Assembly (NCBI GenBank): GCA_963725665.1
Contig: CAVRZA010000004.1
Span: 544,001-608,000, forward strand
Length of the DNA stretch: 64,000 nt
Direction: 5' to 3'
Source of the DNA: an uncultured Actinomycetes bacterium
Lineage (GTDB): Bacteria > Actinomycetota > Thermoleophilia > UBA2241
Shown: positions 50,796-61,122 of the stretch, piece after piece
Layout: every line of letters begins with the position of its first letter
Position numbering within the stretch: position 1 is the first letter of the stretch
The notes under the pieces: model-generated
Database searches by the model: none
What the model saw: only the letters and a program-made list of their open reading frames with translations
Told to the model about the DNA's origin: nothing
Made by a program: the position numbers and the translations under genes

Positions 50796-51983
50796 TCACC
50801 CTTTCCAGCGCAGGATCGCAGCCACCCCATCGAGATCGGCCAGCGGGGCCGCGGCGTCTTGCTCGACCGGCGTGACGGTCGCTCCCCTCGCCAGCGCCTG
50901 CTCGATCATGCGCTCGGCCAGGAAAGGTTCGGGCACCAGCTCACCCGAGGGGACGTCGCCGGGGTGTGTGCCCTCGGGCCACAGCCGGCCGTCGGGCTCT
51001 ATGAGGCCGCTCCACTCGCGCGAGCCGTCGAGGAGCAGCGTGTGCACACGCCCCTCGAAGAGCGCCGCGAGAACGTCGGTCAGGCCGAGCGCGCCCGCGC
51101 CGCCTGCCAGGGCGGCGTCGCGGGCGCGCTCGACGAGCCGCCCCTCGCGGCGCCGCGTCGCGGCGCGCATCTCGTCCACCACCGCCTGGCTCAGCGCGTG
51201 CCTGTCGAGGTCCTCGAGCAGGCGTTCGCTCGACACGAGCTCGCGGCGCCCGTCCTTGGGGAGCGCCTGGGCGAAGGCTTCGGTCATGCGGGGGTCGCCG
51301 GCCAGGAGCAGCCTCTCCCAGGAGCGGCCCGTGGCGATGCCGTCGAGCGCATGCGCGACCGGTACGAAGAAGCGCCGCCTCGCCTCGTCGAGGCGGCGTT
51401 CGAACCGGTCGCGCTCGAGCGCGATCTGCTGTCCCGGACTGGGCGACCGCGACGGCTTGGCCTTCGCCTCGCGCCACTCCTCGGTCTCGGGCTCGAACCT
51501 CCAGCGCGCCAGCTCGTCGGCCACGCCGATCTTCCACTCGCAGAGGCGGACGCCGGAGCGCGAGACCATGATGATGCCGGCGGGGCGTGCCTCATCGAGC
51601 ACGGCAAGCAGCGGCCGCACGTAAGCGGTGCGCTCGAACACGACGCGGTTCGGCAGCGGCAGTTGCACGGCGAGGCGCTCTACGACGCCGTCGCTGACGG
51701 CGGCGTAGAGCGCCCTACCGCGACCGCTCTCCTTGGGATCGAGCAGCCGCTCGAAGTCGGGCGCGAGCGCCTCGAGACGGGCGAAGAGCGCGCGCCACGT
51801 CTCGTGCGGCTCTTCGCTCTTGACGCGCTCGCGCAGCGCCTCGAGCTCGTTCTTGATCACGACTTCCCACGCCGGCCGCTCGCTGGTCCGCTCACTCGGG
51901 TCGGCGTCGACGTAGACGCTCAAGACGCCGTAGGGATCGCGGATGCGCATGACTGACACCAGCGTCTGTTGGTTCACGTCCAC
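50796..51983 (-). CDS. Bacterial aeRF1-like release-factor family protein (baeRF/VLRF1-like)
   Basis: GVLSVYVDADP, AYVRPLL, LLLAGD, GRVHTLLLD, ERMIEQAL..GVAAILRW (eRF1 domain 3-like). Confidence 0.75.
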   Translation of the reverse strand: MDVNQQTLVSVMRIRDPYGVLSVYVDADPSERTSERPAWEVVIKNELEALRERVKSEEPHETWRALFARLEALAPDFERLLDPKESGRGRALYAAVSDGVVERLAVQLPLPNRVVFERTAYVRPLLAVLDEARPAGIIMVSRSGVRLCEWKIGVADELARWRFEPETEEWREAKAKPSRSPSPGQQIALERDRFERRLDEARRRFFVPVAHALDGIATGRSWERLLLAGDPRMTEAFAQALPKDGRRELVSSERLLEDLDRHALSQAVVDEMRAATRRREGRLVERARDAALAGGAGALGLTDVLAALFEGRVHTLLLDGSREWSGLIEPDGRLWPEGTHPGDVPSGELVPEPFLAERMIEQALARGATVTPVEQDAAAPLADLDGVAAILRWKG

Positions 51984-52153
51984 CGGAGGCGCCTCCTTTG
52001 CGGGTCATCCCGGGGCATACGGCCGCACAGTGATGCTACCCCGTGGCGGCCGTTACCGAGCATCGCCGTCAGGGTATGAGCAGACGGAGAAAGGCGCCTC
52101 TCTCGCCGCATGAGAGTCTCCGCATATCCCCCGACCACCCGGAGGCAACGATA

Positions 52154-53725
52154 GTGTTCGCCCACGACCGCCGCACGAAACTGCTCACCCTGTTCACGAT
52201 GTGCTTCGCCTTGTTCATGGCGATGCTCGACAACACCGTCGTCAATGTCGCCCTGCCGAAGATCCAGGACCAGTTCGGTTCCGGGGTGTCGGGTCTCGCG
52301 TGGATCATCGACGGCTACACGCTGATGTTCGCGGCCTTCATGCTGACGGGGGGCACCCTCGGCGATCTCTACGGGCGCAAGCGGATCTTTCTCGGCGGAC
52401 TGGTGATCTTCACGGTCGGCTCGCTGGCTGCCGGTCTCGCTCCCAGCATGTCGTTCCTGATCGCCGCTCGCGGTCTGCAGGGTCTCGGTGCTGCGGCGCT
52501 GCTGCCGGGCACGTTGTCGATCCTCGCGCAGACGTTTCCCGATCCGCGCGAACGCGCCCAGGCCATCGGCATCTGGGCCGGCGTCTCGGGCATGGCCCTC
52601 GCCGCCGGCCCCGTGGTCGGTGGCGCGCTGGTCGACAGCCTCGGGTGGCAGAGCGTGTTCTTCCTCAACGTGCCCATCGGTGTGGTCGCCTTCATCGTGG
52701 CGCTGCGGGTGGTGCGCGAGTCGAAGAATCCTGAGGGGCGCCATCTTGACCTGGCCGGTCAGCTACTGGCGATCACGGCGCTGGGATCAGTGACGTACGC
52801 CCTCATCGAGGCGAACAACTACGGCTGGACCTCACCGCTCATCCTCTCCCTGTTCGCCGTGGCCGTCGTCGCCCAGGCGCTCTTCGTCTGGGTCGAACTG
52901 CACAGCACGAGCCCCATGCTGCCGCTGCGCTTCTTCAGGAACCGGACCTTCACCGCGGGGGTCACAGTAGCCGGCCTCGTGAGCTTCGGCATGTTCGGCA
53001 TCTTCTTCTTCCTCACCCTGTTCTTCCAGAATGTGCAGGCGTACTCCGCCTTCGGCATGGGTCTGCGCGTGCTGCCGCTGACGGCCGCCATCATCGTCGT
53101 GGCGCCGCTCGCCGGCCAGATCGCCGGCCGAATCGGCTCACGCGTGCCCATGACCATAGGCATGACCATCATCAGCGCCGGCATGCTGCTGATGGTGCGC
53201 ATCGAGCCCGGCATGCCCTACTCCGCACTGTGGTGGAACCTCGCCTTGCTCGGCGTCGGGATGGGCTTGGTGATGACCCCCATGACGGCCGCGGTCATGT
53301 CCAGCGTGCCTCGCGCTCGTGCCGGCATGGCGTCGGCCACCTCGAACGCGAGCCGCGAGATCGGCGGCGTCTTCGGCATCGCGCTCCTCGGGGCCATCGT
53401 GACCCACTGGTTCGCCAGCGACCTGGCCTCCAGGCTGACGACGTTTCCGCTTCCGCCCGCCGTCAAAGGGCACGTCGTGGGTCTGGCGAGCCACGGTGGA
53501 GCGCAGGCCGCGGCGGGTCTGCCTGCGGGAACGGCGGCCCGCCTGCACGTCCTGGTGGACTCCGCCTTCGTCTCCGGTCTCCACGTCGGGTTCCTCGTCA
53601 GCGCCGCCTCGCTGGCCGTGGGGGCTATCGTCTCGGTGGTGTTCGTGAAGGGCGGCAGGCCGACTACCGAGACCATCGTGCCGGCCGGCGAGCTGGTCGT
53701 GGTCGAGGAGGGCGACGCGGCGTAG
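52154..53725 (+). CDS. DHA2-family MFS efflux transporter
   Basis: MLDNTVVNVALP, GDLYGRKR, WQSVFFLNVPIG; RBS GGAGG before GTG 52154. Confidence 0.92.
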   Translation: MFAHDRRTKLLTLFTMCFALFMAMLDNTVVNVALPKIQDQFGSGVSGLAWIIDGYTLMFAAFMLTGGTLGDLYGRKRIFLGGLVIFTVGSLAAGLAPSMSFLIAARGLQGLGAAALLPGTLSILAQTFPDPRERAQAIGIWAGVSGMALAAGPVVGGALVDSLGWQSVFFLNVPIGVVAFIVALRVVRESKNPEGRHLDLAGQLLAITALGSVTYALIEANNYGWTSPLILSLFAVAVVAQALFVWVELHSTSPMLPLRFFRNRTFTAGVTVAGLVSFGMFGIFFFLTLFFQNVQAYSAFGMGLRVLPLTAAIIVVAPLAGQIAGRIGSRVPMTIGMTIISAGMLLMVRIEPGMPYSALWWNLALLGVGMGLVMTPMTAAVMSSVPRARAGMASATSNASREIGGVFGIALLGAIVTHWFASDLASRLTTFPLPPAVKGHVVGLASHGGAQAAAGLPAGTAARLHVLVDSAFVSGLHVGFLVSAASLAVGAIVSVVFVKGGRPTTETIVPAGELVVVEEGDAA

Positions 53726-53789
53726 TGGTGGTGGCGGGCGGCGAGGGCTCGAAGGAACCGGCGAGATTTGCACCGTCGTCACCCCATGA

Positions 53790-54762
53790 AAGAACAAGCC
53801 GCCGATCGTCGGCACCGGCCCCTTCCAGGTCGTCGACTTCAACAAGCAGAACCACTTCGTGCGCATGGTCGCCAACAAGGACTACTGGCGCGGCGCCCCG
53901 CTCATCGACGAGGTCGTCTTCACCGCGTACCTGAACCCTGACGCCATGGTGCAGGACCTGCGGAGCGGCGCCATCGACGCCTGCTGGGGCGTGCCCGAGG
54001 GCCAGTTCGCGCCGCTCGGCCAAACGGCCGGATTCAAGGCGGTCTCCTACGTTGTGAAGGGCTTCGACGAGCTCGGTTTCAACTGCTACACCGGCCCCTC
54101 GCTGGGCAACCCCCTCGTCAAAGACTGGCGCTTCCGTCAGGCCCTCAACTGGGCCATCGACAAGCAGCAGCTCGTGAAGATCGCCTACGCAGGTTACGCA
54201 GTGCCGGGCGACACCCTCATCGTGTCCGACTTCTACACGAACCCCGACTGGCACTGGCAGCCGCCACCCGACCAGCTCTATGGCTACGACCCGGCCAAGG
54301 CGACGCAGCTACTGGCCGATGCCGGCTACAAGACGGTGGGCGGGAAGCTCCTCGACAAGCAGGGCAAGCCCATCACGCTGCGTCTCCTGGCCTGCGACGG
54401 GCCGCCGCAGGGCCAGAAGATCGGCAAGCTGCTGACCGCCTGGCTGCAGGCCATCGGCATCAAGGTCAAGTTCGCCTACATGACCGCGAGCAGAACCCGT
54501 ACATCGTGCTTGCCTATCCCAAGGGGCTTGAGGCTCTCGACGCGGCGCACTGGGAGGGTTGGGTGCAGTCGCCTACCGGCACGGGCTCGGCGATCTACTC
54601 GGTCGACAACATCGACAGCTACCTCTATGTGCACCCCATGGAGGCGGCTGCGAAGGGGAACTCGCCGTCGCTCCTCATCGCCGCTTTCGTGGGCGCGGTG
54701 GTGGTCGCCGGTGTGGTCGTCTGGCTTCTGGCCAGGCGGCGGCCGAGGGCGCTTGAGGAGTA
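53790..54762 (+). pseudogene. Fragment of family-5 ABC substrate-binding protein with C-terminal TM; N-terminal half missing, internal deletion/frameshift near 54485
   Basis: Starts at PIVGTGPF; FRQALNWAID, YDPAKATQLLADAGY; resumes in another frame at NPYIVLAYP. Confidence 0.7.
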
Positions 54763-55017
54763 GCCGCAGGCGGCCCACGGGAGGCCTTGCGGACCGCAGG
54801 GCGCTAGTGCACTAGCGCGAGCCGCTCGCGCGAGGTTCGCCCGACGAGCTCGCGAGCCGACGGGCACGGGCCATCGGGTGGCTCAGGTGCTGGGGGGTGA
54901 GGACGAGCACCCGTCCTGGTGCCGCGCGCCGCCCACGGCAGCGTCATCTACCAGGCGCTCCATGAGGCGGAGTAGGCCGCGGTACCCTCCCGCGTTGGCG
55001 GCAGTCCGGGCCTGGGG

Positions 55018-56176
55018 TCAGGCGCAGAAGATCTCGGCGAGGCGCACGTAGACGCGGGCGCTCGTCTCGACCGAGGCGAGGTCGACCCACTCGTCTGCCG
55101 TGTGTTCACGCCCACCCGTGGGGCCGAAGATGACACAGGGCACGCCGCCCTCCACGAGGATGCCCGAGTCCATCCAGCCCAGGTCGCCGCGCACCGTCAC
55201 GGGTCGGTCGAGCTCGGCGCGCGAGGCCGCGATGAGGGCGGTGACCACAGGCTCGTCGGGGTCGAGGCGCACCGGGTCGCGGCCGACGACGGTGCGCGCC
55301 GAACCCTTGAACCGCGGGTCCGTCCGCGCGGCGGCTTCGAGGATCGACCCCAGCTCGGCCTCGGCGTCGCTCACCGTCTCTCCGGGAATCAGACAGCGCT
55401 CAACGCCCAGGGTACAGGTCGCGGGGTAGGCCGGGTAGGTGATGCCGCCGGCGATGGTCGAGGCGTGCACGTTGGGGCGTCCGTAGGCGGCCGGCGTCTT
55501 CTGCGCGAGGACCTTGTCGAGGCGGCGCACGCCGTCGAGCACGGGGCCGAGAAGGGCGATGGCGTCGACCCCGTGGGCGGCGTCGAGGCCGGCGGCCTCG
55601 ACGCCGCGACTCTCGATCTCGAACCACGCGAAGCCGCCGTGCTCGGTGATGACGTCGAGGTCGCTCTGTTCGGCGAGCACGGCCGCGTGTGGCCGGTAGC
55701 GGTCGAGCAGCGCCGTGGCGCCGAGGCTCTCCCACTCCTCGTCGATGATGCCGGCGATGAGAAGATCGCCGCGGAGCGGCTGGCCGCCCGCCGTTCCGCG
55801 GGCGGCCAGCCGCTCCGCGGCCGCGACCATCGCCGCGAGGCCGCTCTTCATGTCGATCGTGCCGCGTCCGTACATGCGCCCTTCTCGCACGACGGGCTCG
55901 GAAGAGCTCGGGGTCGGCGCCGACCACGTCGAGGTGGCCGACCAGCATCAGCGAGCGCCCGCCGCCCGATCCGGCGAGGCGGGCGACGATGTTCGGTCGT
56001 CCCGGAGCGGCGTCCCAGGTGTCGACGGTGAGACCCGCCGTCGCGAGGCGCCCGGCGAGGAAGCGCGTGAGCACTCCCTCGCCGGGCGCTCCCGGCACCA
56101 GGCTCGGGTTCGTCGTGTCGATCGCGACGAGCTCCGCGAGCAGCGCGGTCAGCTCGGTGGCGGCGACATCGCTCAC
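55018..56176 (-). CDS. M20 ArgE/DapE-family deacylase; +1 frameshift near 55900
   Basis: GHLDVV then YGRGTIDMKSG, DEEWES, WMDSG, HTADEWV; GTG overlaps LacI TGA. Confidence 0.85.
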
Positions 56177-57273
56177 GAGGGCTCCTGTCCTTCTGCTGGC
56201 GTGTCGCCGCCGGGGTCTGAGCCTTCGCTCGCGGTGGCGGCGGCGGTGGCGGCGAGCGTAGACGCATCGCCGCGCTCGCCGCACGAGGCGCGCACGATGA
56301 GTTGGGTCGCAAGACGGATGCGGCGCGCTGCGCCGGCGTCGCCGGCGCAGCGCGCCAGCAGCCGCTCACCCGCCGTGCGCCCGAGCTCGTAGACGGGCTG
56401 CGCGACGACGGTCAGGGGCGGCGCGACGATCGTCGTCCAGTCAGTGTCGTCGAAGCCGATCAGGGCGACGTCGTCGGGCACGCGCAGGCACAGGTCGCGC
56501 AGGGCGCGGACGGTGCCGAGCGTCATGAAGTTGTTGGCCGTGAAGAGCGCCGTCGGCCGGTCAGGGCGCTCGAGCAGCAACCGGGCCGTCCGGTAGCCGT
56601 CGTGGGCTGAGGGGCCGCCCACGGAGACGAGGTGCGGGTCCACCGCGAGGCCGGCCTCGCGCAGGGCCTTGCGGTAGCCGCGCAGGCGCTCGGCCGTCGA
56701 GCCGATCTCGGGCGAGTCGCTGATCACGCCGATGCGCCGGTGGCCGAGGGCGATCAGGTGACGCACGGCCGCCGCCGCGCCGCCGGCGTTGTCGGCCGTC
56801 ACCGTGTCGACGCGCAGGCCGCGCAGCGGACGGTCGAGCACGACGAGCGGTGTGCCGTCGGCGGCGATGGGGGAGAGGTGAGCGAGGCTCTCCGGCGACG
56901 TCGGCGCCACCGCGAGACCGTCGACGCGCCGCGCCAGCAGTGCTTCGACCGCGCGTCGCTCCTCGTCGAGGTCTTCGTCGGAGTTGGCCAGAAGGAGTGT
57001 GTAGTCCTGCTCGCCGGCGGCGTCCGCCATGCCCCGCGCGACGAGGGAAAAGAAGGGATTCTCGATGTCGCCGACAACGAGGCCGAGCGTGCGCGTGGAG
57101 CCCGAGACGAGAGCACGCGCCACGGCATGGGGGCGGTAGCCGAGGCGCTGCGCGGCGGCGAGGACCCGGTTGCGCGCGCGCTCGCTGGCGTAGCCGTAGC
57201 CGGCGAGCGCGCGCGCTGCCGTCGCCTGCGAGACGCCCGCTTCGCGAGCTACATCCTTGATCGTCGCACTCAT
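56173..57273 (-). CDS. LacI-family transcriptional regulator
   Basis: TIKDVAREAGVSQAT HTH, LGYRP, NPFF, VPDDVALIGFDD. Confidence 0.95.
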   Translation of the reverse strand: MSATIKDVAREAGVSQATAARALAGYGYASERARNRVLAAAQRLGYRPHAVARALVSGSTRTLGLVVGDIENPFFSLVARGMADAAGEQDYTLLLANSDEDLDEERRAVEALLARRVDGLAVAPTSPESLAHLSPIAADGTPLVVLDRPLRGLRVDTVTADNAGGAAAAVRHLIALGHRRIGVISDSPEIGSTAERLRGYRKALREAGLAVDPHLVSVGGPSAHDGYRTARLLLERPDRPTALFTANNFMTLGTVRALRDLCLRVPDDVALIGFDDTDWTTIVAPPLTVVAQPVYELGRTAGERLLARCAGDAGAARRIRLATQLIVRASCGERGDASTLAATAAATASEGSDPGGDTPAEGQEPS

Positions 57274-57307
57274 GGCGCCCGGATGATACCATCTGGCGTT
57301 GAGGATG

Positions 57308-57321
57308 TGATAACGTTCTCA
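57308..57321. promoter_or_regulatory. LacI-family operator candidate
   Basis: TGATAACGTTCTCA, 12/14 palindromic with central CG, between divergent lacI and SBP. Confidence 0.65.
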
Positions 57322-57357
57322 GTCGTCCCTCGCGGGGGCGGGGGAGAAAGGAGCACC

Positions 57358-59085
57358 ATGGACCGTTCGCCCAGCGCGAAGCCCACTGTCCAGCGCCTCT
57401 TCATTTCGGCCATCGCGCTGCTCGCCGTCGTTCTCGCAACGGCTCTTGTCGGCGCTTGCGGCAGCTCAGGCGGCGGAGCCGGTGGCGCGAGCCCCGGGGC
57501 GTCGGCCGCGCCCGTCAAGGGCGGCACGATGGTCGTCGCCTACCAGTCCGACCCGCAGGCCCTCGACCCGGCCGTCGACTGGGAAGGCAACGGCTGGTCG
57601 ATCGAGCACTGCCTGTACAACACCTTCCTTACGTATGCGAGCGCCACCGGAACGGCCGGCACGAAGCTCGTGCCCGACATCGCCACGGAGGTGCCGACGG
57701 TCGAGAACGGCGGCATCAGCAACGGCGGCAAGACCTACACCTTCCACATCCGGCCCGGCATCAAGTTCGCGCCGCCCGTGAACCGCGAGGTCACGGCTCA
57801 GGATTTCAAGTACTCCTTCGAGCGCATGATGGACCCTACGACGAGGCCGAATCCGCCCGGCACGGGCTTCTACTTGAGCATCATCGGCGCCGAGGCATTC
57901 AACACAGGCAAGGCGAAGACGATCGCCGGCTTCAAGGCCGTCGACAAGTACACCGTCCAGATCGACCTCAAGAACCCCGATGCGACACTGCTGGCCGCAC
58001 TCTCGATGCCCTTCACCGCGGTCGTCCCCAAGGAGTGGGTGCAGAAGTGGGGCAGGCAGTTCGTTCGCCATCCGCTCGGCACAGGCCCCTACATGATGGA
58101 CCACTGGACCTCGGGGCAGGAGCTCGTGCTCGTGCGCAACCCGAACTGGCACTACTGGCGCGACGACGGCGGCGACAAGGCCTGGGTCGACGGTTTCACG
58201 TTCCGATTCTCCGTTACCCAGACGAGGGCGCTCCTGTTGCTCAAGAGAGGGCAAAACGACGTGCTGGGCAGCTACATCGCGTCGTCCGACTACGTCTCGG
58301 TGACCACCGACCCGGTATGGAAGAAGCAGGTCGCCGAGCAGCCGGCCATCGCTATCGACTACCTCTTCATGAACGTGCTGATGAAGCCGTTCGACAACCT
58401 GAAGGTGCGTCAGGCGGTGGCCTGGGCCGTCAACCGCGAGAAGCTCCTCAAGCTGATCAGCGGCGCCGGCAGTCCCTTGAACCAGATCTTCCCTGCCGGC
58501 CTTCCCGGGCACGTCGACGGGTCGGCGGGCGACTTCTACGGCTACGACCCCGCCAAAGCCAAGCAGCTCCTGGCTGAAGCGGGGTATCCCAACGGCTTCT
58601 CGACGATGCTCTACTCGCACAACGTCGACCCCTGGCCCAAGGTCATCCAGTCGATCCAGAACGACCTCGCGCAGGTCGGCATCAAGGCCGGCGTCAAGCT
58701 CCTTGCGATGGACACGTACTGGACGCTCATCGGCATCCCGAAGAAGGCGCCCATGGGGTTGCAGGATTGGTGGCAGGACTTCCCCGACCCGTCTGACTTC
58801 GTCCTGCCCCTCTTCAGCAAGAGCAACGCCATCGAAAACGGCGCCAACCCGAGCTACTGGTGGGATCCGACGGTCGAGGCGCAGTTGACGCAGAGCTTCG
58901 CCATGACCGACACGGCGCAGCGCCTGACTCTCTTCCAGACGATGCAGAAGGAGGTCATGGACCAGGCCCCGGCCGTTCCCCTCTTCCAGCCCAACGTGAA
59001 CTCCGTGTTCTCCAAGCGCATGCGCGGCTGGTACCTGCCGCCGATCTGGATCTTCGACTTCCTCGACTACTGGATCCAGCCGTGA
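57358..59085 (+). CDS. ABC substrate-binding lipoprotein, family 5 (DppA/OppA-like)
   Basis: VGAC lipobox, LDPA, GTGPY, VRQAVAWAVNR; RBS AAAGGAG. Confidence 0.92.
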   Translation: MDRSPSAKPTVQRLFISAIALLAVVLATALVGACGSSGGGAGGASPGASAAPVKGGTMVVAYQSDPQALDPAVDWEGNGWSIEHCLYNTFLTYASATGTAGTKLVPDIATEVPTVENGGISNGGKTYTFHIRPGIKFAPPVNREVTAQDFKYSFERMMDPTTRPNPPGTGFYLSIIGAEAFNTGKAKTIAGFKAVDKYTVQIDLKNPDATLLAALSMPFTAVVPKEWVQKWGRQFVRHPLGTGPYMMDHWTSGQELVLVRNPNWHYWRDDGGDKAWVDGFTFRFSVTQTRALLLLKRGQNDVLGSYIASSDYVSVTTDPVWKKQVAEQPAIAIDYLFMNVLMKPFDNLKVRQAVAWAVNREKLLKLISGAGSPLNQIFPAGLPGHVDGSAGDFYGYDPAKAKQLLAEAGYPNGFSTMLYSHNVDPWPKVIQSIQNDLAQVGIKAGVKLLAMDTYWTLIGIPKKAPMGLQDWWQDFPDPSDFVLPLFSKSNAIENGANPSYWWDPTVEAQLTQSFAMTDTAQRLTLFQTMQKEVMDQAPAVPLFQPNVNSVFSKRMRGWYLPPIWIFDFLDYWIQP

Positions 59086-59087
59086 GT

Positions 59088-59141
59088 CCGAGTCCGGCTA
59101 CGAGCCCGAGTCCGACCAGGGGCCCGAGTCTGGCAACGAGC
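59088..59141 (+). repeat. Three imperfect tandem 18-bp repeats
   Basis: ccgagtccggctacgagc ccgagtccgaccaggggc ccgagtctggcaacgagc. Confidence 0.6.
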
Positions 59142-59167
59142 CTGGACGCAGCCGCGAGGAGGGACAC

Positions 59168-60247
59168 GTGACTCGACCTTCCCTCGACGAGCTCGTCGCC
59201 AAAGCCGAGCACTCGGAGCTCTTCACCGCGCCACGTCTCGAAGCCGACGTGGCGCGCTTCCTGGGCGAGCACGGCGAAAGGGTGAGCGCGCTGGCGCGCG
59301 AGGCGCGCCAGCGCGCCTACGAGAGCGTGTACTTCGTCGGTAGCGGCGGCTCCTGGTCGGCGATGTACTCGGGCAAGTACCTGGCCGACCGCTTCATCAC
59401 GCTGCCGTCTGAGCTCGTCTATTCCTACGAGCTCTGCTGGCGCGCGCCGCGACGCTTGGGGCCGAAAGCTCTGGTCTTCCTCGCCTCCTACTCCGGCAAG
59501 ACCGAGGACACGCTCGCAGCTCTCGACTGCGCCAGGCGCGTCGGCGCGCACACGGTGGCGCTGGTCAAGAGCGCCGACACGCCGCTCGCCCAAGGGGCCG
59601 ACGAGGTCGTCGCTTACGGCTCGTCGGCCCTCTACACGTTGCCGGCGCTCGCGGCTTCGCTCTTCGTCATCGAGTTCGCGCACGCCGGCGACCTCGACGC
59701 GCCGACCGCGCGCGCGATCGACGAGCTGCGTGCCGGTGTCGAGGCGCTGCCGGCGATCATCGGACGCGCCTACCGCGATGAGAAGGCGCGCTGCGAAGAG
59801 CTTGCGCGCGCCTTCCTGCCCTCGGACCTGCTCTACTGCGTCGGCGCCGGGCCGAACTACGGCCTCGCCTACAAGTTCGCCCTCACCGTCTTCATGGAGA
59901 ACATCCGCACGCACGGCTCGGTGGTCGAGAGCGCCGAGTTCCGCCACGGTCCCGCCGAGATGCTCGAGCGGCAACGTGCCGACATGGTCTTTCTGCTGGG
60001 CAGCGACGAGTCGCGGGCGATGACCGAGCGCTCGCTCGCCTTCGCTGGCGAACGCGGCGCGCGCACGATCGTGTTCGACGCCGCCGGCTACGAAGGCCTG
60101 CACCCGCTGCTCGCGCCCTACGTGCTCAAGGTCCCGCTGCAGTGGTTCGTCGTCTACTCGGCACTGCTGCGCGGTATCCTCGACCTCGACGAACGGGTGT
60201 ACATGGGCCATCGTGTGCTCTCCGACGGGCAGGCTGGGTGGCCGTGA
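59168..60247 (+). CDS. SIS-domain fructosamine-6-phosphate deglycase (FrlB-like)
   Basis: FVGSGGS, SYSGKTEDT, GAGPNYGLAY..FMEN, EFRHGPAE, RVYMG. Confidence 0.85.
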   Translation: MTRPSLDELVAKAEHSELFTAPRLEADVARFLGEHGERVSALAREARQRAYESVYFVGSGGSWSAMYSGKYLADRFITLPSELVYSYELCWRAPRRLGPKALVFLASYSGKTEDTLAALDCARRVGAHTVALVKSADTPLAQGADEVVAYGSSALYTLPALAASLFVIEFAHAGDLDAPTARAIDELRAGVEALPAIIGRAYRDEKARCEELARAFLPSDLLYCVGAGPNYGLAYKFALTVFMENIRTHGSVVESAEFRHGPAEMLERQRADMVFLLGSDESRAMTERSLAFAGERGARTIVFDAAGYEGLHPLLAPYVLKVPLQWFVVYSALLRGILDLDERVYMGHRVLSDGQAGWP

Positions 60248-61122
60248 ACCTCGCTCGGGCTGCAGGAACAGCGGCGGATGCCGTCCGCACCCGCGGCGAG
60301 AGCGGTCTCAAGGTTGCCAGCGTGGGCGACAACTGCGTCGACCGCTACGTTGGCGCCGTCACCGGCAGGTACGCCGGCGGCAACGCCCTCAACGTGGCCG
60401 TGCGCCTGGCGCTGGCCGGCTACTCGAGCGCCTATCTCGGGGCCGTCGGCGACGATGAGGACGGGCGCTTCATCCTGGCGGCGCTGGGTGAGGCCGGCGT
60501 CGACGGGAGCCACGTGGAGGTGCGCAGTGGACCGAGCGGCGTGACGGTGGTCCGGGTCGAGCTCGGCGAGCGCACGTTCGTCTCCGAGGAGTACGGGGTG
60601 GCCGGCAGCTACTGCTTCGTGCCCGCCAGCCTGGGGTTCCTCGAGGACCGGGCGTGGGTGCACGCCGCCCGCCTCTCGGGCGCGTCGCGAGCCCTGGCGC
60701 TGCTGGCCGACCGCGGCGTGCCGCTCTCCTACGATTTCACCGACCACTGGGACCAGGCCGCGGCGATAGAGCTCTGCCCTCGGCTCCAGGCGGCGTTCTT
60801 CTCCGGCTCGGCTCTCGGCGAGGACGGCGCGCGCCGGCTCGCGGAGCAAGCCGTCGCACGCGGGGCGCGCGCTGGCGTCGTGACGCGGGGCGCGCACGGT
60901 GTGGTGGCCTGCGTCGGCGAACGTCTCGTGATGCGCCCCGCTGAAGCGGTCACCGTGGTTGACACCCTGGGCGCCGGCGACGCCTTCATCGCCGGCTACG
61001 TGCGCGCCACGCTCCAGGGAGCGGACGTCGATGAGGCTCTCGGCAGCGGAGCGCGGGAGGCGGCTGAGAGCTGTTCTCACGTGGGCGCCTGGCGGCTGCC
61101 CGAGGAGGTCGCGGATCCATGA
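60244..61122 (+). CDS. PfkB-family kinase (fructoselysine kinase FrlD-like)
   Basis: VGDNCVDRY..GGNALNVAV, SYDF, VDTLGAGDAFIAG. Confidence 0.85.
   Translation: MNLARAAGTAADAVRTRGESGLKVASVGDNCVDRYVGAVTGRYAGGNALNVAVRLALAGYSSAYLGAVGDDEDGRFILAALGEAGVDGSHVEVRSGPSGVTVVRVELGERTFVSEEYGVAGSYCFVPASLGFLEDRAWVHAARLSGASRALALLADRGVPLSYDFTDHWDQAAAIELCPRLQAAFFSGSALGEDGARRLAEQAVARGARAGVVTRGAHGVVACVGERLVMRPAEAVTVVDTLGAGDAFIAGYVRATLQGADVDEALGSGAREAAESCSHVGAWRLPEEVADP

Noticed and set aside
59088-59141. CRISPR-like array
   Set aside because: Contiguous 18-bp units with no spacers and no cas genes. No CRISPR array was seen anywhere in the window.
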